The notes under the pieces were generated by a model. It was not told the DNA's origin. It did no database searches and saw only the letters and a program-made list of their open reading frames with translations. Of a stretch of 64,000 bases of DNA, positions 10,136 to 18,337 are shown one piece after another (positions within the stretch are counted from its first letter, which is position 1; each line of letters starts with the position of its first letter). The position numbers were made by a program, and so were the translations under genes. Source of the stretch: a virus (lineage: Duplodnaviria > Caudoviricetes); the IMG/VR virus record IMGVR_UViG_3300042970_000025; one strand, 5' to 3'.

Positions 10136-10241
10136 GGTATTTTCCTCCTGGGTTCTTCGTGTCTTTGCTTTTTGCATGTACATATATCACTCTAAACCCT
10201 TGGAATAGCAAGCTTTATCTGGGAATAAGATCATTCTATCT

Positions 10242-10466
10242 TTAGTTATATTGATGGATCAGGACCGCGTAGGCGAGCTGGCTTGTTTCATCTTCCGGCT
10301 CGATGTCCCAGCCCCGGTCATAGCGGAGCGTCGTTTTGCTTTCAACGCGGATCTCCATCTTGCTGATTTTTCCGCATTCGATGCCGTAGCCCGAAGGTTC
10401 ATCATAGTGTTTTAGTTCGTATTCTACTGTTTTCCCTTCAATTTCAAGCGTTCCTTTTTCCCACAT
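10242..10466 (-). CDS. Small conserved phage protein (YDRGWDI motif)
   Basis: AAGGAGG RBS before MWEKGTL. Confidence 0.7.
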   Translation of the reverse strand: MWEKGTLEIEGKTVEYELKHYDEPSGYGIECGKISKMEIRVESKTTLRYDRGWDIEPEDETSQLAYAVLIHQYN

Positions 10467-10476
10467 GGCGGCCTCC

Positions 10477-10944
10477 TTATGCAATCGTAAACTCAATTCC
10501 GTTCTTTGTTTCTGGCTCGTTTGTTCCGAAGTGGTGGTCATTTTCTCTTGTAACAGTTTTGAGGGCTCCCATCTTCCAGGCGTTTTCGCAGAGCCCATAG
10601 ATTCCATCCATCAGGCCGGTGCTCTGGTCGGTGACTGTGATGGCGTCAATTCCGGCTTCCAGGAGCGTTTCCGCGAAATCTTTCATGTCCTTAGGCCAAG
10701 GCAGGTCTTCGACCTCGAAGCAGTCGGATCCGCGATAGTTCATGTTCTGGTAGGCCCAGTAGGCTTTCATCGCTCCGTCTGTGTAAGGAAATTTGTTTTC
10801 CTCTTCGAAGGCTTTCATCAGGGCGGTTCCTTCGTCGTATTTTTCTTCGTCGAAAAGTTTGCTGCGCTGCTTCTTAGCGGCTTCTTTCTTTTCCTGGTAG
10901 TCTCTTACTTCTTTGTACATGCTTTCAAAATATGCGTTTTTCAT
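10477..10944 (-). CDS. Conserved hypothetical phage protein
   Basis: GGAGGA RBS before MKNAYFE; preceded by a repeated promoter motif. Confidence 0.7.
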   Translation of the reverse strand: MKNAYFESMYKEVRDYQEKKEAAKKQRSKLFDEEKYDEGTALMKAFEEENKFPYTDGAMKAYWAYQNMNYRGSDCFEVEDLPWPKDMKDFAETLLEAGIDAITVTDQSTGLMDGIYGLCENAWKMGALKTVTRENDHHFGTNEPETKNGIEFTIA

Positions 10945-11037
10945 GGTCTTTCCTCCGTTGTTCTTTGCTTTTCTTTGCATGTACATATATCACTCTAAAG
11001 CCTTGAAATAGCAAGCTTTATGTGAGTTTTTCCACCT

Positions 11038-11217
11038 TTATTTTTCGCTACCTGTCAGGATGAAATGAACGTACTCTTTCCGGTGTTCTTCGATGTAAAG
11101 AACCAGATCGTAGTAGTCATAATCGAAGGCAATCCGCTGCACAGAGTTTGTGTCTAGCATGTTAGTTAAACCGCTTCGCTGGATTGCGAGAATTTCAGTT
11201 TTGATTTCTTCAGTCAT
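11038..11217 (-). CDS. DUF5049-like small protein (59 aa, missed by the ORF track)
   Basis: Translated by hand: MTEEIKTEILAIQRSGLTNMLDTNSVQRIAFDYDYYDLVLYIEEHRKEYVHFILTGSEK. Confidence 0.8.
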   Translation of the reverse strand: MTEEIKTEILAIQRSGLTNMLDTNSVQRIAFDYDYYDLVLYIEEHRKEYVHFILTGSEK

Positions 11218-11443
11218 GGCAAGTTCCTACTTTCCGTACGAGGTCTTCTCCAAAGATTACATTTAGGCCAGATCCATTATCCCAGTGGACCAGGATAGAG
11301 CCGGTGTCATCAACACCGTAGACGGTGCCAAGCGTTCCTTTGGGCGGCGCCTGGACATCATCCATTTTTATAAGCTCAACTCTCGTTCCGGCTGGATAGC
11401 CGGAGCGGAGAATCGATAAGGTTTCTTTTCCAATGATGCTCAT
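11210..11443 (-). CDS. DUF4314-like protein
   Basis: YPAGTRVEL..MDD.QAPP.GT.GTV..VDD.G.I.V.WDNGSGL pattern. Confidence 0.8.
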   Translation of the reverse strand: MSIIGKETLSILRSGYPAGTRVELIKMDDVQAPPKGTLGTVYGVDDTGSILVHWDNGSGLNVIFGEDLVRKVGTCHD

Positions 11444-12132
11444 GCGTTAACTTCCTCCTTTGCTTCTGGGGCATTTCTAAACGCGGAGTTTCCGGATAAA
11501 TTCCGTAGAAGTATCTTCCTATCAAGTTTGTAATCCGGCCCGATAAATCCAAGACGCAGAAGGAAGCAGCGGAAGGCGTACTTTTCGTTGGTCACCTCAG
11601 AGGCTCTGCTGCTGACTCTAGACTGCTCCTTGCTGAGCTTGCAAAGTAGGGTAATGAAGTCGGTGTAGGCTTTGATTTCATCTGGCTCCGGCATTTTCTT
11701 AAACCATGGGAAGCTGACCCTGTCATCGTTTACGTCGATGCTAAGATCGTCAATTCCAAAGGACTTCTTGATGAGATTTCCTTTTGCTTTTAAAAAATTG
11801 GAAAGGTTGGTGACGTTTACCTCATCAATTGGAATTTCAATGGTCAGGCCGGTGTCTTCTTCAGTGTTTTCCGTCTCATCTGGAGCATCAGGTTCATCCG
11901 CGCCGCTGTCATCTACCGGGGTGAAATCTACTTTCTCAAGTTCCTTTGCGATGTAGTTCAGCTTTTCTTCGTCCTCGCAAGTAACCCCGCCGTCTTTATC
12001 GATGGTGACGTTTCCCACCTTGTATGCGCAGGTCGGCATGAACTGGTATTCCGAAGGCTCGCCTGTGATGCGGCAGATTTCTGTGACTAAATCTTTCCGT
12101 TCTTCTCCTGTTACCTTGTAGTTAAGTCTCAT
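11440..12132 (-). CDS. Conserved phage protein (often annotated 'virulence-related protein')
   Basis: NEKYAFRCFLLRLGFIG...LL.NL.GNSAF C-terminal motif. Confidence 0.75.
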   Translation of the reverse strand: MRLNYKVTGEERKDLVTEICRITGEPSEYQFMPTCAYKVGNVTIDKDGGVTCEDEEKLNYIAKELEKVDFTPVDDSGADEPDAPDETENTEEDTGLTIEIPIDEVNVTNLSNFLKAKGNLIKKSFGIDDLSIDVNDDRVSFPWFKKMPEPDEIKAYTDFITLLCKLSKEQSRVSSRASEVTNEKYAFRCFLLRLGFIGPDYKLDRKILLRNLSGNSAFRNAPEAKEEVNA

Positions 12133-12237
12133 TTTCGTACCTCCTTGGTTTTGTTTCTTTTGGCAGGTACATACATCACTCTAAAGCGGTGAAATAGCAA
12201 GTGTTTTCAAGGAAAAGAAAGAGAAATCAGATGCTCT

Positions 12238-12849
12238 TCATCGGTTTCCTCTTTGCATAAAAAATAAGCGGTATGTTTCTGTATCCACATACCACCCATA
12301 GCGATCAATATACCTCTGACACCTATTGAAGACATCTGTCTGAAAGTCATGACTCAGTTCCCGGATTCCCGGCCCGGTGTTTTCTCTTCGATATTCTCCG
12401 AAGAATATTCTTGAAGCAAAATTATAAACAGAAGCAGCCACTTTCTCATCAGTATATTTACCCAGCTCCACACGCCGCCCATTGTAGCGGATTCTTGCTG
12501 TCCATTTATTATTGCCAGTACGCATAAAAACACCCTTGTAGCTGCTTGTACAAGGGATATTTGTCTTTCTCTTATTAAACGCATTCTGCTGTGTGGACGC
12601 ATATCTGAGATTCTTTTTCCTGTTGTCCAGACCGTTGCCGTTAATGTGGTCTATGACTGATCCATCAGGTGCGTGCATAACTTCACGATGCATCTGAACC
12701 GTTCTTGGTTCTCCTCTTCTTTTGCTTCCTTTTCGTACGGCATAACCCACTCCTTCTGGATTGAATGCCCATTTTCGCCGAGTCAGACGTTCATAATCTT
12801 CATCATCGACAATGGCCTCTGCGCCTCGGGTAAGTTGGATTCTCTTCAT
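12238..12849 (-). CDS. Free-standing HNH endonuclease with AP2 DNA-binding domain
   Basis: IDHINGNGLDNRKKNLR HNH core; SSYKGV...WTARI...LGKY AP2 domain. Confidence 0.88.
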   Translation of the reverse strand: MKRIQLTRGAEAIVDDEDYERLTRRKWAFNPEGVGYAVRKGSKRRGEPRTVQMHREVMHAPDGSVIDHINGNGLDNRKKNLRYASTQQNAFNKRKTNIPCTSSYKGVFMRTGNNKWTARIRYNGRRVELGKYTDEKVAASVYNFASRIFFGEYRRENTGPGIRELSHDFQTDVFNRCQRYIDRYGWYVDTETYRLFFMQRGNR

Positions 12850-14123
12850 CTGTCACCTTCCTTTGGCATCTCCGCCAGCGCTTCGTCCAGGGTCAGTTTC
12901 TTGCCGTCCCGGATCAGATAAATGTCAGAAGCATCTTGACCTGCGTCTTCCATGAACTTCTTGTAGCGCATCACCTCGACATCGATGAACTTCGGCTCGA
13001 TCTCTATCCCATAGGCGATCCGGCCCAGTTCCTCACAAGCTACGATCGTCGTGCCGGATCCCATAAAAGCATCCAGGACGAGGCTGTTCGTCATCGTGCA
13101 CTGGGAGATCAGATAGGCGATGAGCGGCACTGGTTTCGCGTCCGGATGGTTATAGCCTTCTTTCTTGCTGCTCTTGATTCGGGGAAATTCAAATACCGTG
13201 ACCTGTTTTTGGTCTCCGTACCAGATATGCTTGCCCTTTTTCTTCCATCCCCAGATGATCGGCTCGTGGATGTATTTCCAGTCCGTCCTGGTGAGAACAA
13301 GCCGGTCCTTTTTCCAGACCAGACCGGCGCCTACCTTAAAGCCTGCATCTTCAAAGGCATCATGGAATATACGTGCTTTGGATGTCGCATAGAACTCATA
13401 GATCGAAGCATCGTCCGCCATGCTATCCCGCATGCAGGTAAAGGCCTTCATCAGGAACTCATAAGCATCCTTGTCATTCAGATCGTCATTAGTGACTTTG
13501 CCGGATGCGCTTTCCAGATTCACAAAATATGGAGCATCGGTACATACCAGATTCACCTTTTTGCCTTCAAGAAGAGATGTGTATGTATCAATCTTTGTGG
13601 AATCTCCGCAGATGACTCTGTGTTTTCCTAGATACCAGATGTCACCTGGCTTAGAAAAGCACGGTTTCTCGAGCTCTGCCTCTACATCGAAATCATCGTC
13701 TACTGCTTCTGTATCCACATCCATGAGCTTCGCGAGGTCCTTTTCGTCAAAACCAAGAAGGGAAAGGTCGAAGGCGTTTTCCTGAAGATCAGACAGCTCA
13801 ACGGATAATAAATCTTCATCCCAGCCAGCGTTGAGGGACAGCTGGTTGTCCGCGATAATATATGCACGCTTTTGGGCGTCGGTCAGATATTCTTCCTTTA
13901 CGCAAGGAACTTTCTTCAGCCCTAATTTCTGCGCAGCATAAAACCTTCCGTGCCCGCAAAGGATGGTGTTATCTTTTGAGATTACAATAGGGGACAGGAA
14001 GCCGAATTCTTTAATCGATGCAGCAATCTGTGCAATCTGTTTGTCAGAATGGGTTCTCGCATTTCTGGCGTAGGGGATCAGCTTATCGGTGTCTTCGAGA
14101 TAGTACTGTGTTGTTTTCTCCAT
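12846..14123 (-). CDS. ParB-domain N4/N6 DNA methyltransferase (beta class)
   Basis: ParB-like N-terminus (GHGR); motif IV DAPY; HPDAKP; motif I VLDAFMGSG. Confidence 0.88.
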   Translation of the reverse strand: MEKTTQYYLEDTDKLIPYARNARTHSDKQIAQIAASIKEFGFLSPIVISKDNTILCGHGRFYAAQKLGLKKVPCVKEEYLTDAQKRAYIIADNQLSLNAGWDEDLLSVELSDLQENAFDLSLLGFDEKDLAKLMDVDTEAVDDDFDVEAELEKPCFSKPGDIWYLGKHRVICGDSTKIDTYTSLLEGKKVNLVCTDAPYFVNLESASGKVTNDDLNDKDAYEFLMKAFTCMRDSMADDASIYEFYATSKARIFHDAFEDAGFKVGAGLVWKKDRLVLTRTDWKYIHEPIIWGWKKKGKHIWYGDQKQVTVFEFPRIKSSKKEGYNHPDAKPVPLIAYLISQCTMTNSLVLDAFMGSGTTIVACEELGRIAYGIEIEPKFIDVEVMRYKKFMEDAGQDASDIYLIRDGKKLTLDEALAEMPKEGDR

Positions 14124-14677
14124 TACTTACCTCCGCGTCTTGCTCTAAGCAGCCGCTCCATCACGTCATCCTGAGGATTCGATCCATTGAATTCGGTCGA
14201 GCAGTTTTCTTTTACGATCTGAAAGATTTCATTCCAGAGCCTGTTGGCCTGATTCATGTAGTTAATCCCGATGTTGATGAAAGGTGATGGAATTGGCTTT
14301 CCCGTAGTCGGATGCTTGCTCAGATATCCAAGTTTTGAGGTGATCTTCTCACAGGCGATCCATCTGGCGGAGGCCATGGAGTATCGCTCAAGAAGCGCCG
14401 GAGACACCGCGCGGGCGACACCCAGGCCATCGAGCCAATCCCAGGTCTCTTTGTAGATCTCAGCAGCGGCAAACTCAGAGCCATCATGCTGAATATCCGA
14501 AAGAAATTCATGAGGCTTCGGCATTTCCGCGCCTTCAAGGTCCGGAATGTCCAGTACCTCAAGTGGCCTTCCTCCGGGATTTCCATTTTGGTATTTCTCC
14601 AGCGCAGCTTTTTTCTTTCGTCCGGCGCCGGGGCGTCTGCCTCCGCGACCGCCGGTATTATTCGATTTTGTAGGCAT
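14123..14677 (-). CDS. terS: Terminase small subunit (P27 family)
   Basis: RGGRRPGAGRK..., HPTTGKPIPSP, DDVMERLL motifs; follows the packaging HNH gene. Confidence 0.8.
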   Translation of the reverse strand: MPTKSNNTGGRGGRRPGAGRKKKAALEKYQNGNPGGRPLEVLDIPDLEGAEMPKPHEFLSDIQHDGSEFAAAEIYKETWDWLDGLGVARAVSPALLERYSMASARWIACEKITSKLGYLSKHPTTGKPIPSPFINIGINYMNQANRLWNEIFQIVKENCSTEFNGSNPQDDVMERLLRARRGGK

Positions 14678-14820
14678 AATGTAGCTGCCTCCTTTTTCAA
14701 TATTTTGATATTCCTAACAGTCTGCTGGGTTATTACCCTTAAGAAAACGCATGTTCTGCGCAGGTGAGGGGGCGCCGGTCTCCAGAGAGGCTCGCCGTAG
14801 AGATCTTTCCTCCCCCTGGG

Positions 14821-15168
14821 TCAGCGACTTCCTTTCCGTTTATGCATTTTCTCGTGGCAGGAGTGGCAGAGGCTCATCAGGTTATTTTCCTCGCTGCTCC
14901 CGCCCTCGGACAGCGGCACGATGTGATGCACCTCCTGCGCCTTCACGTACCTTCCTTCAAGAAGGCAGCGCTCGCAGAGTGGGTGCTTATGGATGTAGCG
15001 GTCCCGGATTCTCTTCCAGGGCCTGCCGTACCTCTTCCCGGTGGAGTAGCCGCGGGTGAACGTGTCGTAATGACGCTGCATCATCTTTTCATGCTCCTCG
15101 CAGTAGGTGCGTTCGGTCAGGCGAGGGCATCCTGGGTAGCGGCAGGGCCGCTTGGGTTTTCGTGGCAT
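14821..15168 (-). CDS. Packaging-associated HNH endonuclease (HK97 gp74-like)
   Basis: HPLCERC...VHHIVPL..GG....NLMSLCHSCH. Confidence 0.9.
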   Translation of the reverse strand: MPRKPKRPCRYPGCPRLTERTYCEEHEKMMQRHYDTFTRGYSTGKRYGRPWKRIRDRYIHKHPLCERCLLEGRYVKAQEVHHIVPLSEGGSSEENNLMSLCHSCHEKMHKRKGSR

Positions 15169-15265
15169 GGCTTCTCCTTTCGGGCAAAAGAAAACCTCGC
15201 AAGGGGATTTCCTTACGAGGCTGCTTTATCCTAACTTTCTACACTATCATTTTACTATTTCTTGA

Positions 15266-15312
15266 GGTGCACTCAAGTGAAGTGAACTGCACATGACTGC
15301 ACTTAACTGCAC
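15266..15312 (-). promoter_or_regulatory. Putative late-activator binding site (ACTGCAC repeats at 10-bp pitch)
   Basis: ACTGCAC at 15286, 15296 and 15306, plus TGCAC at 15268; at the end of the RinA-like gene, upstream of the late operon. Confidence 0.55.
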
Positions 15313-15734
15313 TCTTCGTTGATGACCCGGTCCAGCTCTTCAAGAGCGTAGCCGTGAAGGGAGTAAACCCAGCGGAGGGAATAGAACATGTTTAAAGAGA
15401 TCTCTTCCCAGGACTCGTTCTTAAAGTAACGGGAGATTAAAACCGTCTGGTAGTCTGGTTCCTTGATCCTTCCAATGTAGTCCAGAGCCTCGGTCTTCCT
15501 TTCCGTCAGTTCATCCTCATCGCTTTTAATTTCTTCTTCTAAGCTCAGCATCTTCACGATGGTTTCTTCCAGGCGGGAAGAATCATGGTTTGAGGCCGTT
15601 GGCAGGTCAGAGAAAGCAGGGGAGCTGACGGAGCGGGCCAGGTCCTGCATGATCGTTAATCGCTCCTTCTTTGCCTTGATCCTGGCTTCCTCTCGGGACA
15701 GTCCCCTTAGATATTCTTTTGCATTCATAAGCAT
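15303..15734 (-). CDS. RinA/ArpU-like late transcriptional activator (DUF1492-like)
   Basis: AKEYL...RYF...WEEI...YS.RWVYSLHG.AL; position before the packaging module. Confidence 0.75.
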   Translation of the reverse strand: MLMNAKEYLRGLSREEARIKAKKERLTIMQDLARSVSSPAFSDLPTASNHDSSRLEETIVKMLSLEEEIKSDEDELTERKTEALDYIGRIKEPDYQTVLISRYFKNESWEEISLNMFYSLRWVYSLHGYALEELDRVINEECS

Positions 15735-15940
15735 TCCTCCCTCAGCTTTTCAATTAAGTACTCCCCGTCGACTTTAGTGAGCGACTTAAACCAGGAAGAA
15801 CGGAAGAAGCGTTCGTCTTCCTTGACCTTACCTTTGTTGATGTTGCTTGGACTATTCTTCATGCGCCTTAAATCCTGCCGGTAGTCTTTGACTGCCTGAA
15901 GGACGATTGCGTCTGCTAATTTCTGATATGGATCCATCAT
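15725..15940 (-). CDS. Small conserved phage protein
   Basis: LADAIVLQAVKDYR...FFRSSWF pattern; coupled to neighbouring genes. Confidence 0.7.
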   Translation of the reverse strand: MMDPYQKLADAIVLQAVKDYRQDLRRMKNSPSNINKGKVKEDERFFRSSWFKSLTKVDGEYLIEKLREECL

Positions 15941-17286
15941 TTCACCTCCAGCTGCGCTTTCACCGCATCAATTAAGGCGGCCTGCGTCTTGTCTTTCCGT
16001 TTGAGAGACTCCATCACGTTTTCATCGATGGTGCCTCGCGTGATGATGTGGTGGATGACCACCGTATCTTTCTGGCCCTGCCGCCAGAGCCTGGCGTTGG
16101 TCTGCTGGTAAAGCTCTAAAGACCAGGTTAAGCCAAACCAGATCAGGGTCGATCCTCCTGCCTGAAGGTTCAGGCCGTGTCCTGCAGAAGCAGGGTGGAG
16201 GACAGCAAGAGAAATCTTGCCTTCATTCCAGTCGCGGATGTCTTCACTTGTCTTGATCTCACGAACAGGAAAACGTTTCCGGATCCTCTCTAAATCATGC
16301 TTAAACCAGTAAGCAATTAATACAGGCTTTCCGTTTGCGCTTTCAATCAGGTCCTCTAAAGCGTCGAGCTTCCGATCGTGGATCCGAACCGCTTTTCCAT
16401 CGTCACTATAGACGGCCCCGTTTGCCATCTGAAGAAGTTTATTTGATAGGGATGCTGCGTTGACCGCATCGATTTCCTTATCCTTTAAGTTCACCACCAT
16501 GTCCCTTTTCAAGTCGTCGTATAGCTTTTGCTCTTTTTCGTTTAAAGACACCTTGACTTTATTCATGAAGAGATCCGGCATCTTGAGATAATCACAAGCT
16601 TTCATGGAGATCGTGATGTCCGAAAGCTTTTTATAGATCGCATCTTCCGCGCCAGGAAGCGGCTTGTAGGAAAAGACAACTTGCGCGTTTCTTTTGTCTG
16701 GAAGAAAGTAGTTCCTCCGGTACTGGCCGATGTAACGCCCAAGCCTTTCTCCCATGTCAAGCAGCCTGAACTCTGCGAAAAGGTCCATCAGGCCGTTACT
16801 TGATGGCGTTCCGGTTAAGCCCACGATCCGTTTTACCTTTGGCCTCACCTTTAGAAGGCTCTTAAAGCGCTTGGACTGGTGGGATTTAAAGGAGGACAGC
16901 TCATCAAGCACAAGCATGTCGTAGTCAAAGGGAAGGCCGGACTTTTCCACGAGCCAGCTGACATTTTCCCGGTTGATGATGTAAAGGTCAGCTTTACTTT
17001 TCAGGGCTTTCTTCCGCTCGCTTTCCGGGCCAGTCGCTACGGAGTAGGTCAGGCCTTTCAGATGGTCCCACTTTTTGATTTCTTCCGGCCAGCTGCTGGT
17101 GCAGACGCGAAGAGGAGCAATGATTAAAGGCTTCCTTACTTCAAAGCGGTCAAACATCAGCTCCTGAATCGCGGTCAGTGTGATCACGGTCTTTCCAAGT
17201 CCGCAGCTAAGAAGGATCGCGGACACTGGATGATCGATGATGAACTTTGTGGAGTAGGCCTGGTATTTATGAGGATTGTATTTCAT
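15937..17286 (-). CDS. SNF2-family helicase
   Basis: GLGKT, DELS, LTGTP, GHGLNLQ, QTNARLWRQGQ motifs. Confidence 0.92.
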   Translation of the reverse strand: MKYNPHKYQAYSTKFIIDHPVSAILLSCGLGKTVITLTAIQELMFDRFEVRKPLIIAPLRVCTSSWPEEIKKWDHLKGLTYSVATGPESERKKALKSKADLYIINRENVSWLVEKSGLPFDYDMLVLDELSSFKSHQSKRFKSLLKVRPKVKRIVGLTGTPSSNGLMDLFAEFRLLDMGERLGRYIGQYRRNYFLPDKRNAQVVFSYKPLPGAEDAIYKKLSDITISMKACDYLKMPDLFMNKVKVSLNEKEQKLYDDLKRDMVVNLKDKEIDAVNAASLSNKLLQMANGAVYSDDGKAVRIHDRKLDALEDLIESANGKPVLIAYWFKHDLERIRKRFPVREIKTSEDIRDWNEGKISLAVLHPASAGHGLNLQAGGSTLIWFGLTWSLELYQQTNARLWRQGQKDTVVIHHIITRGTIDENVMESLKRKDKTQAALIDAVKAQLEVK

Positions 17287-17548
17287 CTAAAATTCCTCCA
17301 ATCTGTTCTGGCTGATCGATTAAGTAAACAGAAAAGCCAAGATCTTCAAGCTGGCGTTTTCTTTTTAGCTGAAGAGGCCGCATCTTCTTCCCGGGTGCTT
17401 TCAGCTCGACAAAGGCTATATTGCCTTCCGGCAGTAAAACGATCCGGTCTGGTACTCCGCTTAGGCCGGGAGAGATAAATTTCAGTGCTAGGCCTCCCAT
17501 GCCTTTAACTTCCCGTCGCAGTTTCTCTTCGATTTCTTTTTCTTTCAT
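17267..17548 (-). CDS. VRR-NUC domain nuclease
   Basis: GVPDRIVL...FVELKAPG...Q motif; start MKEKEIE after AAAGGA. Confidence 0.9.
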   Translation of the reverse strand: MKEKEIEEKLRREVKGMGGLALKFISPGLSGVPDRIVLLPEGNIAFVELKAPGKKMRPLQLKRKRQLEDLGFSVYLIDQPEQIGGILDEIQSS

Positions 17549-18337
17549 ATCGTCCTTTCCGCGTTCCAGTGATCCACTGATCCACTGATCCACGTTTTTC
17601 TCTATATATCGTATATATGTATATATATTCTATATACTCTATATTTATATATATTATTTTTAATAGAATATAGTGGAACAGTGGAACAGGATGTGCTGAA
17701 ACACTTGTAATTACAAACTTCTGGCATGATCCAGTTTTGTTGTTCCGGTCTGGATCAGACTGGAATGGAACACGATCCAGTAATCCAGACCGGATTGCTT
17801 TTCACCCGATTAGAATTTATGGCTGGATGCGTTCAGATGGAAGGTAAACCCACTGCGAACCATAGAGTGGAAGGCGGATTTTCTTTTCATAAACGATCCA
17901 CTTAGGCTAGGAGAGATAAACTTCAGCGCTAAGCCTCCCATGGTTTTTGTCTTCTTGCGAAGCCTCGCTTCGATTTCTTTTTCTTTCATATCGTCCTTTC
18001 TCTGTTCCAGTGTTCCACTAAATCCCCATTAATTTAGAAAAGGGTATATATGGTTATATATGTGTCCTATATGACCTATTTCTATGTTTTTTATTTTTAA
18101 TAGAATATAGTGGAACAGTGGATCAGTAAGCGCTGAAACACTTGTAATTACTAACATCTAGCATGATCCAGTTTTGCTGTTCCGGTCTGGATCAGACTGG
18201 AATGGAACACGATTCAGTGATCCAGACCGGATTGTTTTTCGGCCGACTGGAACTTATGGACGAAGGCGTTCAGGTGGTATGTAAACCCACTGAGAGCCAT
18301 AGAGTGGAATGCGGATTTTCTTTTCGAACCGATGCCA
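17457..18337. repeat. Diverged tandem duplication (~440-bp period) of virE 3' end, AT-rich candidate origin and VRR-NUC 5' end
   Basis: Paired segments, e.g. TTTTAATAGAATATAGTGGAACAGTGGA at ~17658 and ~18095, and GTTCCGGTCTGGATCAGACTGGAATGGAACACGAT at ~17742 and ~18179. Confidence 0.9.
17817..17989 (-). pseudogene. Fused fragments: VRR-NUC N-terminus and a second virE C-terminus
   Basis: MKEKEIEARLRKKTKTMGGLALKFISPSLSG joined out of frame to WIVYEKKIRLPLYGSQWVYLPSERIQP*. Confidence 0.8.

Noticed and set aside
3118-14700. Long plus-strand ORFs antisense to structural genes (e.g. 3118-3837, 12936-13631)
   Set aside because: No RBS or recognisable motifs; typical antisense shadows of genes with biased codon usage
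17560-18250. Possible CRISPR array or microsatellite (GATCCACT x3, TA tracts, repeated 30-40-mers)
   Set aside because: No regular repeat-spacer period; explained by a two-unit tandem duplication of an origin-like region
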